This document shows positions 1 through 10,301 of a DNA stretch of 64,000 bases, one piece after another. Source of the stretch: an uncultured Syntrophaceae bacterium. Lineage in GTDB: Bacteria > Desulfobacterota > BSN033 > UBA1163. The stretch is from the NCBI GenBank assembly GCA_964390545.1, contig CAYMJV010000004.1:8476-72475 (forward strand), given 5' to 3'. The position numbers were made by a program, and so were the translations under genes. The notes under the pieces were generated by a model that had not been told where the DNA came from, did not search any database, and worked only from the letters and a program-made list of their open reading frames with translations. Each line of letters begins with the position of its first letter. Position 1 is the first letter of the stretch.

Positions 1-131
1 TTTTCGCCGAGACTGGAAAGTCTCGGCTATCCTCTCTACCTCTGCACATGTTTTTGAAGCGTGACTATTTGTCAGAATTTGAAAAATTTAACCTTTATTT
101 CACACTCTCCTACCAAAAAACTTGTTAGAAA

Positions 132-917
132 ATGAAAACTTATAATTTTTCTACCTTGGCATTAGAAATGCAGGAAATCCAAAAAATCGATTTAGAAAAA
201 GCCATCCAAAGCATCATCCAAGGCGGACCAAAAGGTTCGTCAGCAATCCAAAACATAAGAAATAGAGAATCTACGATGCCTCGCTTAAAGTATTTCTTAG
301 ATCTCATCTCTGTTCCCTCCCTGATCCTCTCCTTAAAGCCACGCCAACATGGAAGTTTTGCGGCAGAAAGTCCCCTCCATTTTGAACCGACGAAACTGAA
401 ACTGACAGGAATGGTCGAAGATATCATTGCTATGGGCACGCAGACGAGGACAAGGATCCTCAACTTTGGTTTCGTTCATCCACCAAAGAAGGTGCGAGAG
501 AATCTAAGACTAAATGGGGATGCCAAGGTTCTTCGGATCGAGCGTATAAGATTCATCAAAGGACAACCTATTTCTTATACGGTCAGTTATATCCCGTCTG
601 ATTTGGGAGCAAAGATCAATATCAAAGATCTCGTTGTTCAACCCTTAATGAACGTACTAGAAGATAAATGCAAAATTAAAATTGCAAGGGGAAGTCAAGT
701 CATAGGGGCAACTCTGGCGGACAGTCGGGTAGCTTCCTTTCTTGAAGTCATGGCAGGTTTCCCACTGCTTAAAATTGAGAGAGTAGCTTTTGACACTAGG
801 AAAAGACCGGTCGAGTATATTTCAATCCTTTATCGATCTGATCGGTATCATTTTAACGTAGACTTCACAAGGAGAAGGTCAGAATCAAAAGCCCAATGGG
901 ATTATGCAGGGCCGTAA
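132..917 (+). CDS. UTRA-domain protein (GntR/HutC-type effector-binding domain) without a recognisable N-terminal winged helix
   Basis: 261-aa ORF. The C-terminal ~165 aa (RIERIRFIKGQPISYTVSYIP...KIERVAFDTRKRPVEYISILYRSDRYHF) resemble the UTRA fold of HutC-type regulators. The first ~95 aa lack the GntR HTH signature. Confidence 0.6.
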   Translation: MKTYNFSTLALEMQEIQKIDLEKAIQSIIQGGPKGSSAIQNIRNRESTMPRLKYFLDLISVPSLILSLKPRQHGSFAAESPLHFEPTKLKLTGMVEDIIAMGTQTRTRILNFGFVHPPKKVRENLRLNGDAKVLRIERIRFIKGQPISYTVSYIPSDLGAKINIKDLVVQPLMNVLEDKCKIKIARGSQVIGATLADSRVASFLEVMAGFPLLKIERVAFDTRKRPVEYISILYRSDRYHFNVDFTRRRSESKAQWDYAGP

Positions 918-953
918 TCACGATTCCCTAACTCACAACATACTTGGGCAACC

Positions 954-1349
954 ATGAAAGAAAGCTCAGAAAAAATTGACGTTTTTTTGAATAGGGATTC
1001 TGTCTTCGAAGGGAAGATGACCTTTGAAGGGGTATTTCGTCTCGATGGGAAAGTGGTGGGAGAGATCCTCAATAGTGGGACGCTCATCTTAGGCGAGACG
1101 GCTATCGTCAAGGGGACGTTAGGAGTCAATGCCCTAATCCTCAACGGGAGGGTGGAAGGCGAAGTGAATGCCAGAGAACGAGTAGAGATCCATTCTAAAG
1201 GGAAGATCTATGGAACCATTATGGCTCCGATTCTTGTTATTCAGGATGGCGGGATCTTTGAGGGAAATTGTAAAATGGTTTCCAAATCTGATGATGAAAG
1301 TCATTTGGAGGGTGGCAGAACAGACATGAAATCAGAACTTAAGATCTGA
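954..1349 (+). CDS. bactofilin family cytoskeletal protein
   Basis: 131-aa ORF with a repetitive beta-helix pattern (GKVVGEI..GTLILGETAIVKGTL..LNGRVEGEV..SKGKIYGTI) typical of bactofilin/DUF583. Confidence 0.8.
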   Translation: MKESSEKIDVFLNRDSVFEGKMTFEGVFRLDGKVVGEILNSGTLILGETAIVKGTLGVNALILNGRVEGEVNARERVEIHSKGKIYGTIMAPILVIQDGGIFEGNCKMVSKSDDESHLEGGRTDMKSELKI

Positions 1350-1361
1350 GGGGTCTTAAAA

Positions 1362-1694
1362 ATGTTCGTCAAGAAAATTCTATGGTTTATTCTGATGGTA
1401 CCTATTTTGGGGTCATGGCTTACAATTTCTCCAGTTTATGCTAAGGAGAATTCATTGCAATACCAACTCTTGGATCATGCTGGAAAGTCGTATTCATGGG
1501 CTCAAGACCCTTCTTACTTAGACTATGATCTTGCCTTGCGAAAGTATGTAGCCGATCGAATTCTTAAACGATTCGGTATCGCCCTCGACCCAAAAATCTA
1601 TTCCGGGTTTGACCTCCTTGACATCGAAGCTCTTTTCAAGTGTAAAAAATCAGAAGAACCTTTCGACCTCTTCTTAAAAATGTTTTCCAAATAA
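1362..1694 (+). CDS. secreted hypothetical protein
   Basis: 110-aa ORF with an N-terminal signal-like segment (ILWFILMVPILGSWLTISPVYA). It starts 12 nt after the bactofilin stop. No family recognised. Confidence 0.5.
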   Translation: MFVKKILWFILMVPILGSWLTISPVYAKENSLQYQLLDHAGKSYSWAQDPSYLDYDLALRKYVADRILKRFGIALDPKIYSGFDLLDIEALFKCKKSEEPFDLFLKMFSK

Positions 1695-1797
1695 CTCTCG
1701 TGTTATCTGAAGATGGGTTTTGAGAATTTCTCCTGTCACCTAAGCTGGGTATTAGATTTTGGTTGAAATCATTGCGTGTGCGCTGTCAGAAGATCGA

Positions 1798-2586
1798 TCA
1801 CAAACTCTTCAAGAACGTTATCAGATTGGTGTTAAAGTCCTCCGGTTGTTCTACATTGGATAGGTGGCGGGCAGATTTGATGATCACAAGTTTTGAGTTG
1901 GGTATTCGTTGATGCATGGCCTCCGAGGCGGCCACTGGAGTTCCAGGATCGTCCTCTCCTACCATGATGAGTGTGGGAATTTTAATCTCAGAGAGTCGGT
2001 TCAAGTAATTGAGCTTCCGAATCGCATAAATACAGCCAAGATAACCTTTCGCCGGTGTGGCCAGAAATTCCTCTCGGATGACTCCCAGCATGTAAGGATT
2101 CAAGTTGAGAAAGGTTGGGGTAAACCACCGTTCCATGGTTGGCTCCCACTGAGAAGCCACACCTTTTTCACGAACGGCATCGATACGTTCCTGCCATATG
2201 GGCTGCGCCTCTTCAGGAACGACGGCCATGGTGTCGCAGAGGGCGAGGCTCTTCAGCCGTTTGGGATAATTCAAGGCGATGCTCTGTCCGATCATTCCAC
2301 CCATGGAGAGGCCAACCCAGTGAACTTGATCGATCCCGAGAGCATCTAACAGAGCAACGGCATCTTCCCCCAGCAGATCAAGAGTATAAACCCCTGGGGG
2401 TGCTTCGCTTTTACCATGGCCACGGGTATCATATCGAAGGATCTGGAAAAGAGATTCCAACACCTTCCTCTGGGGGTTCCACATCAAAAGACTTGAGCCA
2501 AGGGAATGGCTCAGGATTAGGAAAGGGCCATCTTTGTTACCCGAGAGTTCGTAATTCATTTGAATCCCATTGGCTTTGATGAGCAT
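1798..2586 (-). CDS. alpha/beta hydrolase (3-oxoadipate enol-lactonase-like)
   Basis: 262-aa ORF with HSLGSS, the nucleophile elbow GLSMGG, and a C-terminal HLSNVEQPE motif. Confidence 0.75.
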   Translation of the reverse strand: MLIKANGIQMNYELSGNKDGPFLILSHSLGSSLLMWNPQRKVLESLFQILRYDTRGHGKSEAPPGVYTLDLLGEDAVALLDALGIDQVHWVGLSMGGMIGQSIALNYPKRLKSLALCDTMAVVPEEAQPIWQERIDAVREKGVASQWEPTMERWFTPTFLNLNPYMLGVIREEFLATPAKGYLGCIYAIRKLNYLNRLSEIKIPTLIMVGEDDPGTPVAASEAMHQRIPNSKLVIIKSARHLSNVEQPEDFNTNLITFLKSL

Positions 2587-2690
2587 CGTTTCTCCTTACC
2601 TCTATGTTTCGAGAACCTTCAATGCCTCGGGCGCTGTTACCCACAGAATAGATAGGCACTCACTGCTTGTCAACAGAAATTCTTGAGAGA

Positions 2691-3824
2691 TTAATCATTC
2701 ATTCGGTTCACCACTCCTTCATTCGATAGACCTAACGTTTCACCAAATTTCATGGTAATAAACTTTCCTTCCTCAATACCATCTTCTCGTAGGGCTTTCC
2801 TCAAGTAGGCAGGTGGTTCTCCGAGAGGTTCGTCTGAGAGTTTGAATGTTCCCCAGTGACCGGCTATTGCTATTTGGGAATGCGTATCTTTTAGAATCTT
2901 GATCGCCTCTGAAGGATCGACATGGACCGGGCTCATGAACCAGCGAGGTCTGTAAGCGCCAATGGGAATGATCGAGATCTGAATGGGGCCGAAGCGGTGT
3001 CCGATTTCCTTGAAAATAGGGGAATAGCCTGTATCTCCTGCGAAAAAGATCTTACCCAGCTTGCTTTCGATCACCCAACCAGACCAAAGCGTTTCATTTC
3101 TATCAAAAAGTGTCCGGTTTGAGAAGTGTTGAATAGGGACGGAATGAACCTTCAAACCGTGGAAGGGACAGGTTTGCCACCAGTCCAGCTCGACAACATT
3201 CTTTATCTTTCTCTTTTCAAACCATCTTGCAATACCCAAAGGAACAAAATAGGTAGGTTCATTTCCAAGGCGTTCCACGGTTGGAGCATCCAAATGGTCG
3301 TAGTGATTGTGGCTGATCAGGACAGTATGGATGGGTGGGAGTCCGTCAAAAGGGACTCCTAAAGGCGCCACTCGGTTAATTCCCAAAAAGGAGTTGGGTC
3401 CGCAATAGTCACTGAATTGGGGGTCGGTGAGGATATTGGTCCCTTCTATTTGAATGAGAAAGGTGGAGTGACCGATCCAGGTGATCTGTACCTGGGCTGA
3501 GTCGGGTTGTTTGATGAGCGAAGTCGCTGGTTGAACACTCTCTGGTTTGTAATTCGAAACTTCCTCAGGGGGGATGGGTGAAATTTCTTTAGGTCCCAGA
3601 CCGAACCGCCAGCGCAGAAAATCGCCGAAGCCTCGTTCAGAAGGTCTGTATAGATTCTGAAATCCTTTTGGTGTGTGATGGGGTGGTAAAGGATTTGCTT
3701 CTTTAGGCTGCTCCAAGCCCACACAACCTATTAATATGCAAAGGAACAGGGATACCATTACCCACATATGGAATGATAGAATGGACAGACCAAGATGGTC
3801 CCTGTCTAGGGTCCATCCTGTCAT
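2691..3824 (-). CDS. MBL-fold metallo-hydrolase, probable lipoprotein
   Basis: Contains the HNHYDHLD metal motif and a GDTGY/HWGTF C-terminal part. The N-terminus has a lipobox-like LIGC. An alternative start at 3767 (MWVMVSLFLCILIGC) is plausible. Confidence 0.7.
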   Translation of the reverse strand: MTGWTLDRDHLGLSILSFHMWVMVSLFLCILIGCVGLEQPKEANPLPPHHTPKGFQNLYRPSERGFGDFLRWRFGLGPKEISPIPPEEVSNYKPESVQPATSLIKQPDSAQVQITWIGHSTFLIQIEGTNILTDPQFSDYCGPNSFLGINRVAPLGVPFDGLPPIHTVLISHNHYDHLDAPTVERLGNEPTYFVPLGIARWFEKRKIKNVVELDWWQTCPFHGLKVHSVPIQHFSNRTLFDRNETLWSGWVIESKLGKIFFAGDTGYSPIFKEIGHRFGPIQISIIPIGAYRPRWFMSPVHVDPSEAIKILKDTHSQIAIAGHWGTFKLSDEPLGEPPAYLRKALREDGIEEGKFITMKFGETLGLSNEGVVNRMND

Positions 3825-3906
3825 GGGATTTTATTGAACATTCTAATAGGGATTTTTGCTGCGATCAACATAGAAAAATACCTCCTAGTAAATGATTCTC
3901 TTGGAT

Positions 3907-3935
3907 TTGACAATGTCTTTTTTTCACTATATCAT
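3907..3935 (+). promoter_or_regulatory. sigma-70-like promoter upstream of the first ABC importer
   Basis: TTGACA (3907-3912), a 17-nt spacer, then TATCAT (3930-3935), about 70 nt upstream of the ATG at 4003, which has an AGGAGG SD. Confidence 0.5.
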
Positions 3936-4002
3936 TTGTCCTTGAAGTTACATTCCTGTTGGGGGGAATGCTCTAAATCAAACACAAGAAAGGAGGAGAG
4001 AA

Positions 4003-5673
4003 ATGATGAAGAAGGTAGTAATCTTAGTTTGTATATTTATGCTGTTGATCGCTGTTAGTGCGCTTGCTCAGGCCACCAAGAAGACTGGACCCCCTGCTCA
4101 ACCCGCAGCGAAAAAGGAAACTCTCGCGCAAGCTCCGAAGAAGGGGGGGACACTCGTATTTGGCCGTGGGGGCGACAGCGTAGGGTTGGACCCAGCCTAT
4201 GAAACGGATGGCAACTCCTTCATGATCTGCGACAACGTCCATGAGGCTCTCGTCTTCTATAAGGAGGAGTCCACAGCACTGGAGCCAGGATTGGCTTCCT
4301 CTTGGAGCATCAGTCCCGATGGTCTGACTTACACATTCAAACTGCGTAAGGGAGTGAAATTCCATGATGGCACCCCATTCAACGCTGATGCGGTCGTCTT
4401 TTCTCATGGCCGGATGATGAAGGAGCGTAAGGTCAAATTCTTTGGTAAAGGCTGGGATATCCCAAAGCAGGAGCGTCCGCCCGAATATTGGGTTTCCATG
4501 GAGATGGATAACACCATTGATTCGATTGAGGCCGTGGATGAGTACACGGTGCTTTACAAACTCAAAAGGGTTGAGGCACCCTTCATAGCCAATATGGGCA
4601 TGGACTTTGCTGATATCATCAGTCCGACAGCCTTCATGAAAGATCCAGGAGGTGCTGTTCGTAACCCTGTTGGCACAGGTCCGTACAAATTCGTCAAGTG
4701 GGTCAAGGATGACAGCCTAACCCTGGAAGCCTTTAAGGATTACTGGGACAAGGCCAAGGGCCCCTATATGGACAGGGTGGTATTTCGGGTCATTCCTGAG
4801 AACTCAGTCCGATTCTTGGAGCTGAAGGCCGGTGGCATTCACATCTGCCAGTTTCCCAATGCGGCCGACATTCCCATGGCCAAGAAAGACCCTAAGCTCT
4901 GGGTTCCTACTCAACCGGGGATGAATATCGGCTACCTGGGTTATAACCTCAAAAAAGAACCTTGGAAAAGTAATGTCAAACTGCGCAGAGCCATTGCCCA
5001 CGCCATCAACCGCAAGGCGATCGTAGACAATATCTACCAGGGCATGGGGGAAGTGGCTAAGAATTGCATCCCACCTACGATGTGGGGCTATAACAAAGAT
5101 GTTCCAGGGTATTCTTACGACGTTGAGTTGGCCAAGAAGCTGCTTGCCGAGGCCGGCTATCCAGAAGGAAAAGGCTTACCTGAAATAACCCTCTGGTCCA
5201 TGCCGGTTCCCAGACCTTATAACCCCGAAGGTCTGAAGGTTGGCGTGGCCATGATCGGCGACCTCAAAAAGGTCGGTATCAACTCCCGCATCGTCAGCTA
5301 TGACTGGGGGACTTACCTGAAGCGTCAGCGGGAACAACCAGAGGATATGGACCTCTTCCAGCTTGGCTGGACTGGCGATAATGGTGACCCTGACAACTTT
5401 TTAGCTGTGCTCTTCGACGGCCTTGCCAATCCAGCTGTCCGCACCCAGTGGCATAACGAGACCTACCATAAGTACATGCTGGACGGTAAACAGACCATCG
5501 ACCAGGCAAAGCGTGCCGAGATCTACCAAAAAGCACTCCAACTCATGTACGATGAGTGTCCTGTGATCCCCATTGCCCACTCGACGGTTATGTGGCCAGC
5601 TGTGAAAAAAGTCCAGAATTTCAAACTCCATCCCACCGGATCCGTTATGTTGAGGAGTGTGTGGCTGCAGTAA
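4003..5673 (+). CDS. ABC transporter substrate-binding protein, peptide/nickel (family 5)
   Basis: 556-aa ORF with a signal peptide (VILVCIFMLLIAVSALA) and a family-5 SBP-like sequence. It is the first gene of a 5-gene importer. Confidence 0.9.
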   Translation: MMKKVVILVCIFMLLIAVSALAQATKKTGPPAQPAAKKETLAQAPKKGGTLVFGRGGDSVGLDPAYETDGNSFMICDNVHEALVFYKEESTALEPGLASSWSISPDGLTYTFKLRKGVKFHDGTPFNADAVVFSHGRMMKERKVKFFGKGWDIPKQERPPEYWVSMEMDNTIDSIEAVDEYTVLYKLKRVEAPFIANMGMDFADIISPTAFMKDPGGAVRNPVGTGPYKFVKWVKDDSLTLEAFKDYWDKAKGPYMDRVVFRVIPENSVRFLELKAGGIHICQFPNAADIPMAKKDPKLWVPTQPGMNIGYLGYNLKKEPWKSNVKLRRAIAHAINRKAIVDNIYQGMGEVAKNCIPPTMWGYNKDVPGYSYDVELAKKLLAEAGYPEGKGLPEITLWSMPVPRPYNPEGLKVGVAMIGDLKKVGINSRIVSYDWGTYLKRQREQPEDMDLFQLGWTGDNGDPDNFLAVLFDGLANPAVRTQWHNETYHKYMLDGKQTIDQAKRAEIYQKALQLMYDECPVIPIAHSTVMWPAVKKVQNFKLHPTGSVMLRSVWLQ

Positions 5674-5680
5674 GCTAATC

Positions 5681-5718
5681 TGGGCCTGGGAAAGAGGGTG
5701 ATCTCTTTCCTAGGCCCA
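5681..5718 (+). promoter_or_regulatory. intercistronic 16-bp hairpin after the binding-protein gene
   Basis: TGGGCCTGGGAAAGAG / loop GGTGAT / CTCTTTCCTAGGCCCA, one mismatch, no U tract. It lies between the SBP stop (5673) and the permease start (5745). Confidence 0.55.
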
Positions 5719-5744
5719 AGCTGTAACCTAGTCCCTTTCAAATC

Positions 5745-6749
5745 ATGATCGGCTTTATCATTCGGCGAACCCTAGTTGTCATTCCCACCATTCTCGGGAT
5801 AACGATCATCATCTTCATGATGCTGGCTATCACGCCTGGAGATCCTGCTGAGCTGTTGTTAGGTGAGCGAGCGACCAAAGACTCCCTGGAGGCCATGCGG
5901 GAATATTTAGGCCTCAACAAGCCCCTTTACGTCCAGTACGGCATTTTCCTCAAAAGAGTGGCTAAGTTCGATCTGGGCGAGACCATTTGGACACGTCAGA
6001 AGGTCTACATAGAAATCATGGAGCGCTTTCCAGCTACCATTGAGCTGACTCTTGCTGCTATGATCGTCAGTAGTTTCTTCGGAGTCCTCCTTGGAATTAT
6101 ATCAGCTACAAAGCAGTATTCATGGTTCGACTATGCCAGCATGGTCGGTTCGCTTTTTGGAGTCAGTATGCCCGTTTTCTGGCTGGGGTTGATGCTCATG
6201 CTGATCTTTTCGCTAACCCTCGGCTGGTTCCCTATGTCAGGACGGTTGGGAGTGGACATAGACCTAACCATTATCACTAACTTTTATGTTCTCGATGCCA
6301 TTCTGACAAGGAATTGGGCGGCCCTCAAAGATGCATTAATGCACCTGGCTTTACCAGCCACGGCCCTGAGTACAATCCCCCTTGCTATTGTGGCCAGGAT
6401 GACTCGATCATCCATGCTGGAGGTGCTCAGGCAGGACTACATCAAGACAGCAAGGGCTAAAGGGCTGAGTGAAGTGAAGATCGTTCTGAAACATGCTCTC
6501 AGAAACGGATTGATTCCGATCGTGACCGTAGTCGGCCTTCAATTCGGCATCCTTCTGGGCGGAGCGATTCTGACCGAAACGGTATTTGCCTGGCCTGGAA
6601 TAGGGAAGTGGCTCTTTGATGGTGTAGTTAAGCGGGATTATATGGTCATCCAGGGTGGAACTCTGCTTGTAGCCACCATCTTTGTTTTCATCAACCTTAT
6701 CGTGGATATACTCTATGCCATCATCAACCCTCGAATCAGCGTGAAGTAG
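5745..6749 (+). CDS. ABC peptide transporter permease (DppB/OppB-like)
   Basis: 334-aa multi-TM ORF with an EAA-loop-like region (TARAKGLSEVKIVLKHALRNGLIP). Confidence 0.9.
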   Translation: MIGFIIRRTLVVIPTILGITIIIFMMLAITPGDPAELLLGERATKDSLEAMREYLGLNKPLYVQYGIFLKRVAKFDLGETIWTRQKVYIEIMERFPATIELTLAAMIVSSFFGVLLGIISATKQYSWFDYASMVGSLFGVSMPVFWLGLMLMLIFSLTLGWFPMSGRLGVDIDLTIITNFYVLDAILTRNWAALKDALMHLALPATALSTIPLAIVARMTRSSMLEVLRQDYIKTARAKGLSEVKIVLKHALRNGLIPIVTVVGLQFGILLGGAILTETVFAWPGIGKWLFDGVVKRDYMVIQGGTLLVATIFVFINLIVDILYAIINPRISVK

Positions 6750-6752
6750 TCT

Positions 6753-7670
6753 ATGGCAGAGAATAAAAACCAAAAGATAAGTTTTTGGGCTAGAATAACA
6801 AATCCTGAGGATAGGCACCCTTTCTTCGACCAGATTGAGAAGCTTTTTAAGAACCGGACTGGGGTGGCTGGTCTGATCATCATCACCCTCTTCGCCTTAA
6901 CTGCTATCCTTGCTCCCGCGATCACTCCTCACGATCCAGATGAAAATTCCCTCTATGACCAACTCAAACCACCCGTGTGGAATGAGGGAGGATCAACCAA
7001 AAACCTTCTCGGCACGGATGACCTGGGTCGGGACATGTTGTCAAGGCTGATTTATGGGGCACGGGTATCGCTGACTCTGGGCATCGTGAGCGTAGGAATA
7101 GCCCTTGTCTGTGGCTCCATACTGGGAGCCCTTGCCGGATTCTACAAAGGTTGGCCAGACAACTTGATCATGCGCTTAATGGATATCATCTTGGCTTTCC
7201 CCTACATCCTGCTGGCTATCGTAATTGTCGCCTATTTGGGACCCAGTTTGAGGAATGCCATGATGGCCATCGGTATCATCAACATCCCTCGTTTTGCCCG
7301 CATCATTCGGGCCTCGGTCATAGAGGAGTACGAGAAAGACTATGTCACTGCCGCCAGAGCAGTGGGTGCCAACAACAGGCGGATCATCTTCAATGCCATC
7401 TTTCCAAACTGTTTGGCCCCGATCATTGTCCAAGCCAGCCTGGGTTTTGGAGAGGCCATTCTGAGTGGTGCTGGTCTGAGCTTTCTGGGCCTTGGTGCTC
7501 AGCCTCCTCTCTCAGAGTGGGGAGCGATGATTGCTCAAGGTCGATCCATGATCCTTCGGGCTTGGTGGGTCATGACCTACCCGGGGATTGCCATCCTTCT
7601 GGCCGTGCTAGGCTTTAACCTCCTCGGCGACGGCCTGCGCGACGCTCTGGATCCTAGGCTGAGGGACTAA
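6753..7670 (+). CDS. ABC peptide transporter permease (DppC/OppC-like)
   Basis: 305-aa multi-TM ORF with the [17 protein letters not shown] motif and [14 protein letters not shown]. Confidence 0.9.
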   Translation: MAENKNQKISFWARITNPEDRHPFFDQIEKLFKNRTGVAGLIIITLFALTAILAPAITPHDPDENSLYDQLKPPVWNEGGSTKNLLGTDDLGRDMLSRLIYGARVSLTLGIVSVGIALVCGSILGALAGFYKGWPDNLIMRLMDIILAFPYILLAIVIVAYLGPSLRNAMMAIGIINIPRFARIIRASVIEEYEKDYVTAARAVGANNRRIIFNAIFPNCLAPIIVQASLGFGEAILSGAGLSFLGLGAQPPLSEWGAMIAQGRSMILRAWWVMTYPGIAILLAVLGFNLLGDGLRDALDPRLRD

Positions 7671-7674
7671 GGGC

Positions 7675-8652
7675 ATGAGCGCCGAACACCTCCTGGAGAT
7701 CCGAAACCTTAAAACCTACTTTGATGTTCGCGGTGGTGTCCTCAAGGCCGTGGATGACGTGAGTTTTACGATCGCGGCAGGAGAAACCTTGGGCCTTGTG
7801 GGCGAATCCGGCTGCGGCAAGACCGTTACTGCCAATTCCGTCATGCGTCTTGTCCCGATCCCACCCGGACGTATTGCAGGAGGCGAGATTCTCTTTGAGG
7901 GGATTGACATTCTAAAACTGCCTACATCCGAGATGAGGAAGGTGAGGGGTAGCAAGATCTCTATGATCTTTCAGGAGCCGATGACTTCGCTCAACCCAGT
8001 TTTCACAGTGGGCGATCAGGTGGCCGAAGTGATCCACCTTCATGAAAAGCTCTCTCAACGAGAGATTCGAGATAGGGTCATTGAGGTCTTCCGTCTCGTG
8101 CGTATTCCAGCCCCTGAAACACGCATCAACGAATACCCTCATCAGATGAGTGGGGGGATGCGCCAGCGGGTCATCATCGCCATGGCCTTGGCCTGTAACC
8201 CCAAGTTGATGATCGCTGATGAACCGAGCACGGCGTTGGACGTAACCATCCAAGCCCAGATCCTCGATCTGATGAACAGGCTAAAGGAAGAGACCGGTGC
8301 CTCCATTCTGTTTATTACGCACGACCTGGGAGTGATCGCTGAGATGGCTCAGAGGGTAGCCGTGATGTATGCTGGAAAAATCATGGAAGGGGCTGACGTG
8401 GACACCCTCTTCAACGAACCTAAGCATCCCTACACGATCGGTCTGATGAATTCCATCCCTATCTTGGGTATCGGGAAGAAAGAAAAGCGGCTGAACACGA
8501 TCCCTGGGGTGGTTCCTTCCCTCTTCAAACTGCCTCAAGGCTGCCTCTTCCACGAACGTTGCTCGGTAGCGCACACTGAGTGTGATCAATTGGAACCTCC
8601 AATGATCGACCTGGGCAATGGTCACATCGTACGGTGTCACAAATATGCCTGA
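7675..8652 (+). CDS. ABC peptide transporter ATPase (DppD/OppD-like)
   Basis: Walker A GESGCGKT, signature SGGMRQR, Walker B LMIADEP, and the C-terminal oligopeptide-type extension. Confidence 0.9.
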   Translation: MSAEHLLEIRNLKTYFDVRGGVLKAVDDVSFTIAAGETLGLVGESGCGKTVTANSVMRLVPIPPGRIAGGEILFEGIDILKLPTSEMRKVRGSKISMIFQEPMTSLNPVFTVGDQVAEVIHLHEKLSQREIRDRVIEVFRLVRIPAPETRINEYPHQMSGGMRQRVIIAMALACNPKLMIADEPSTALDVTIQAQILDLMNRLKEETGASILFITHDLGVIAEMAQRVAVMYAGKIMEGADVDTLFNEPKHPYTIGLMNSIPILGIGKKEKRLNTIPGVVPSLFKLPQGCLFHERCSVAHTECDQLEPPMIDLGNGHIVRCHKYA

Positions 8653-9646
8653 AGCGAAGAAACATACGAACACACCACTTCTTGAAACCAAAGAGGTGGT
8701 CAAACATTACCCCGTCACGGGTGGCGTTTTTCTGCGCCAGATTGCCTCGGTCAAAGCGGTGGACGGGGTGAGCTTGAATATCTTGCCGGGCGAGACCTTA
8801 GGCCTGGTAGGTGAGTCCGGTTGCGGCAAATCCACCTTGGGCCGGCTGATCCTGCGGTTGGAAGAACCGACGAGTGGCGATATCCTCTTCGAGGGCAAAA
8901 GTATCCTTGGTTACGATCCGAAACAGATCAGGGCGTTACGGCGAGAGATGCAGATCATCTTCCAAGACCCATTTTCCTCACTCAATCCGCGAAAAAACGT
9001 GGCTCACATTGTAGGAGAACCGCTCTTTGTTCATGGCATGACTGACCGACATGAGCGAGAAGCACGGGTGCTTGAACTTTTGGAGGTCGTGGGTCTCATG
9101 CGAGAGCATATGCGCCGCTACCCACACCAGTTCTCAGGGGGCCAGCGCCAGCGAATTGGAGTAGCCCGCGCACTGGCCCTTAACCCGAAGCTGATCATCT
9201 GTGACGAGCCTGTCTCAGCCCTCGACGTTTCCATTCGAGGCCAGGTCATCAACCTACTTCAAGACTTACAGAAGGAGTTCGGGCTAACCTACCTTTTCAT
9301 CTCCCATGACCTGAGCGTGGTAGAACACATCAGCGATCGCGTGGCGGTCATGTACCTTGGGAAGCTAGTGGAACTGGCTGATTCCGAAACGCTTTACAAG
9401 TCCCCGCTCCATCCTTATACCCAGGCCCTCCTCTCTGCAGCACCTGTGCCCGATCCTAAACGAAAAAGAGAGAGGATCATTCTATCTGGAGATGTTCCTA
9501 GCCCTATCGATCCCCCTTCAGGGTGTCGTTTCCATACGCGATGTCTTTATGCAAAGGATGTTTGCAGTCAGAAAGAGCCCTCCTTCAGAGAGGTGAAAGA
9601 GAATCATTTAACCGCCTGCCATTTTGCCGAGGAGATTTTCGGATGA
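8645..9646 (+). CDS. ABC peptide transporter ATPase (DppF/OppF-like)
   Basis: Walker [16 protein letters not shown] and ICDEP motifs. The ATG at 8645 is in frame with the tracked ORF (8618) and overlaps the upstream stop by 8 nt. Confidence 0.85.
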   Translation: MPEAKKHTNTPLLETKEVVKHYPVTGGVFLRQIASVKAVDGVSLNILPGETLGLVGESGCGKSTLGRLILRLEEPTSGDILFEGKSILGYDPKQIRALRREMQIIFQDPFSSLNPRKNVAHIVGEPLFVHGMTDRHEREARVLELLEVVGLMREHMRRYPHQFSGGQRQRIGVARALALNPKLIICDEPVSALDVSIRGQVINLLQDLQKEFGLTYLFISHDLSVVEHISDRVAVMYLGKLVELADSETLYKSPLHPYTQALLSAAPVPDPKRKRERIILSGDVPSPIDPPSGCRFHTRCLYAKDVCSQKEPSFREVKENHLTACHFAEEIFG

Positions 9647-9670
9647 AATCTTTCTCCTTGAATTCTTCCC

Positions 9671-10153
9671 TCACCATAACCCGCGAATGAAATAGTAGGC
9701 CATCATCCCTGAAACCCCTAATTTTAGGACTGCTCCAAGGAGGGACCCAAGGATTACTCCCCATCCAGCTCTGAGAGCCTTCCCTTTTTCTTTTTGGACC
9801 AGCCACTCCACCGCCACCGCACCGATCAAAGCACCGAGAAGCATGCCAAAAGGGGAAAAAAGAAGTCCGATCGCCATTCCTGCAACCGAGCCCCAGATCC
9901 CCCATTTTGATGTCCCATATTTTTTAGCACCCCAGAGGGGAATTATGTAATCCCCAACCGTCACACCAACGGTGAGAATAGCCATGACAATCATCAGGGT
10001 TGGGGTGAGAGGAGGGAAAAAGTCCTTCACCAGGGCGAGCAAAAGAAGTCCAAGAAAGATGAGCACAGGTCCCGGCAATATGGGAAGCACACACCCAGCT
10101 ATGCCGAGAAGCATAAAAATACTTCCGACAACGATTGCGATGGTTTCGAGCAA
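9671..10153 (-). CDS. DUF456 family membrane protein
   Basis: 160-aa hydrophobic ORF with LPILPGPVLIFLG and GAKKYGTSKWG motifs. Confidence 0.6.
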   Translation of the reverse strand: MLETIAIVVGSIFMLLGIAGCVLPILPGPVLIFLGLLLLALVKDFFPPLTPTLMIVMAILTVGVTVGDYIIPLWGAKKYGTSKWGIWGSVAGMAIGLLFSPFGMLLGALIGAVAVEWLVQKEKGKALRAGWGVILGSLLGAVLKLGVSGMMAYYFIRGLW

Positions 10154-10301
10154 GGTCTTTCAGCCTCTATCTATTTCTTGATCAGTTCTATCTCGACGAA
10201 GATGTCCACCTCTTCTCCGACAACGACCCCCCGGTCTCAAGCGCTCTATTCCATGCAAGACATTCCACCAACATTAAGAGGATGGAAAAGAATGAACCGG
10301 T

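Noticed and set aside
6-27. 9-bp hairpin GCCGAGACT-GGAA-AGTCTCGGC at the window start as a terminator
   Set aside because: No U tract follows it on either strand, and the upstream context is outside the window. It cannot be assigned.
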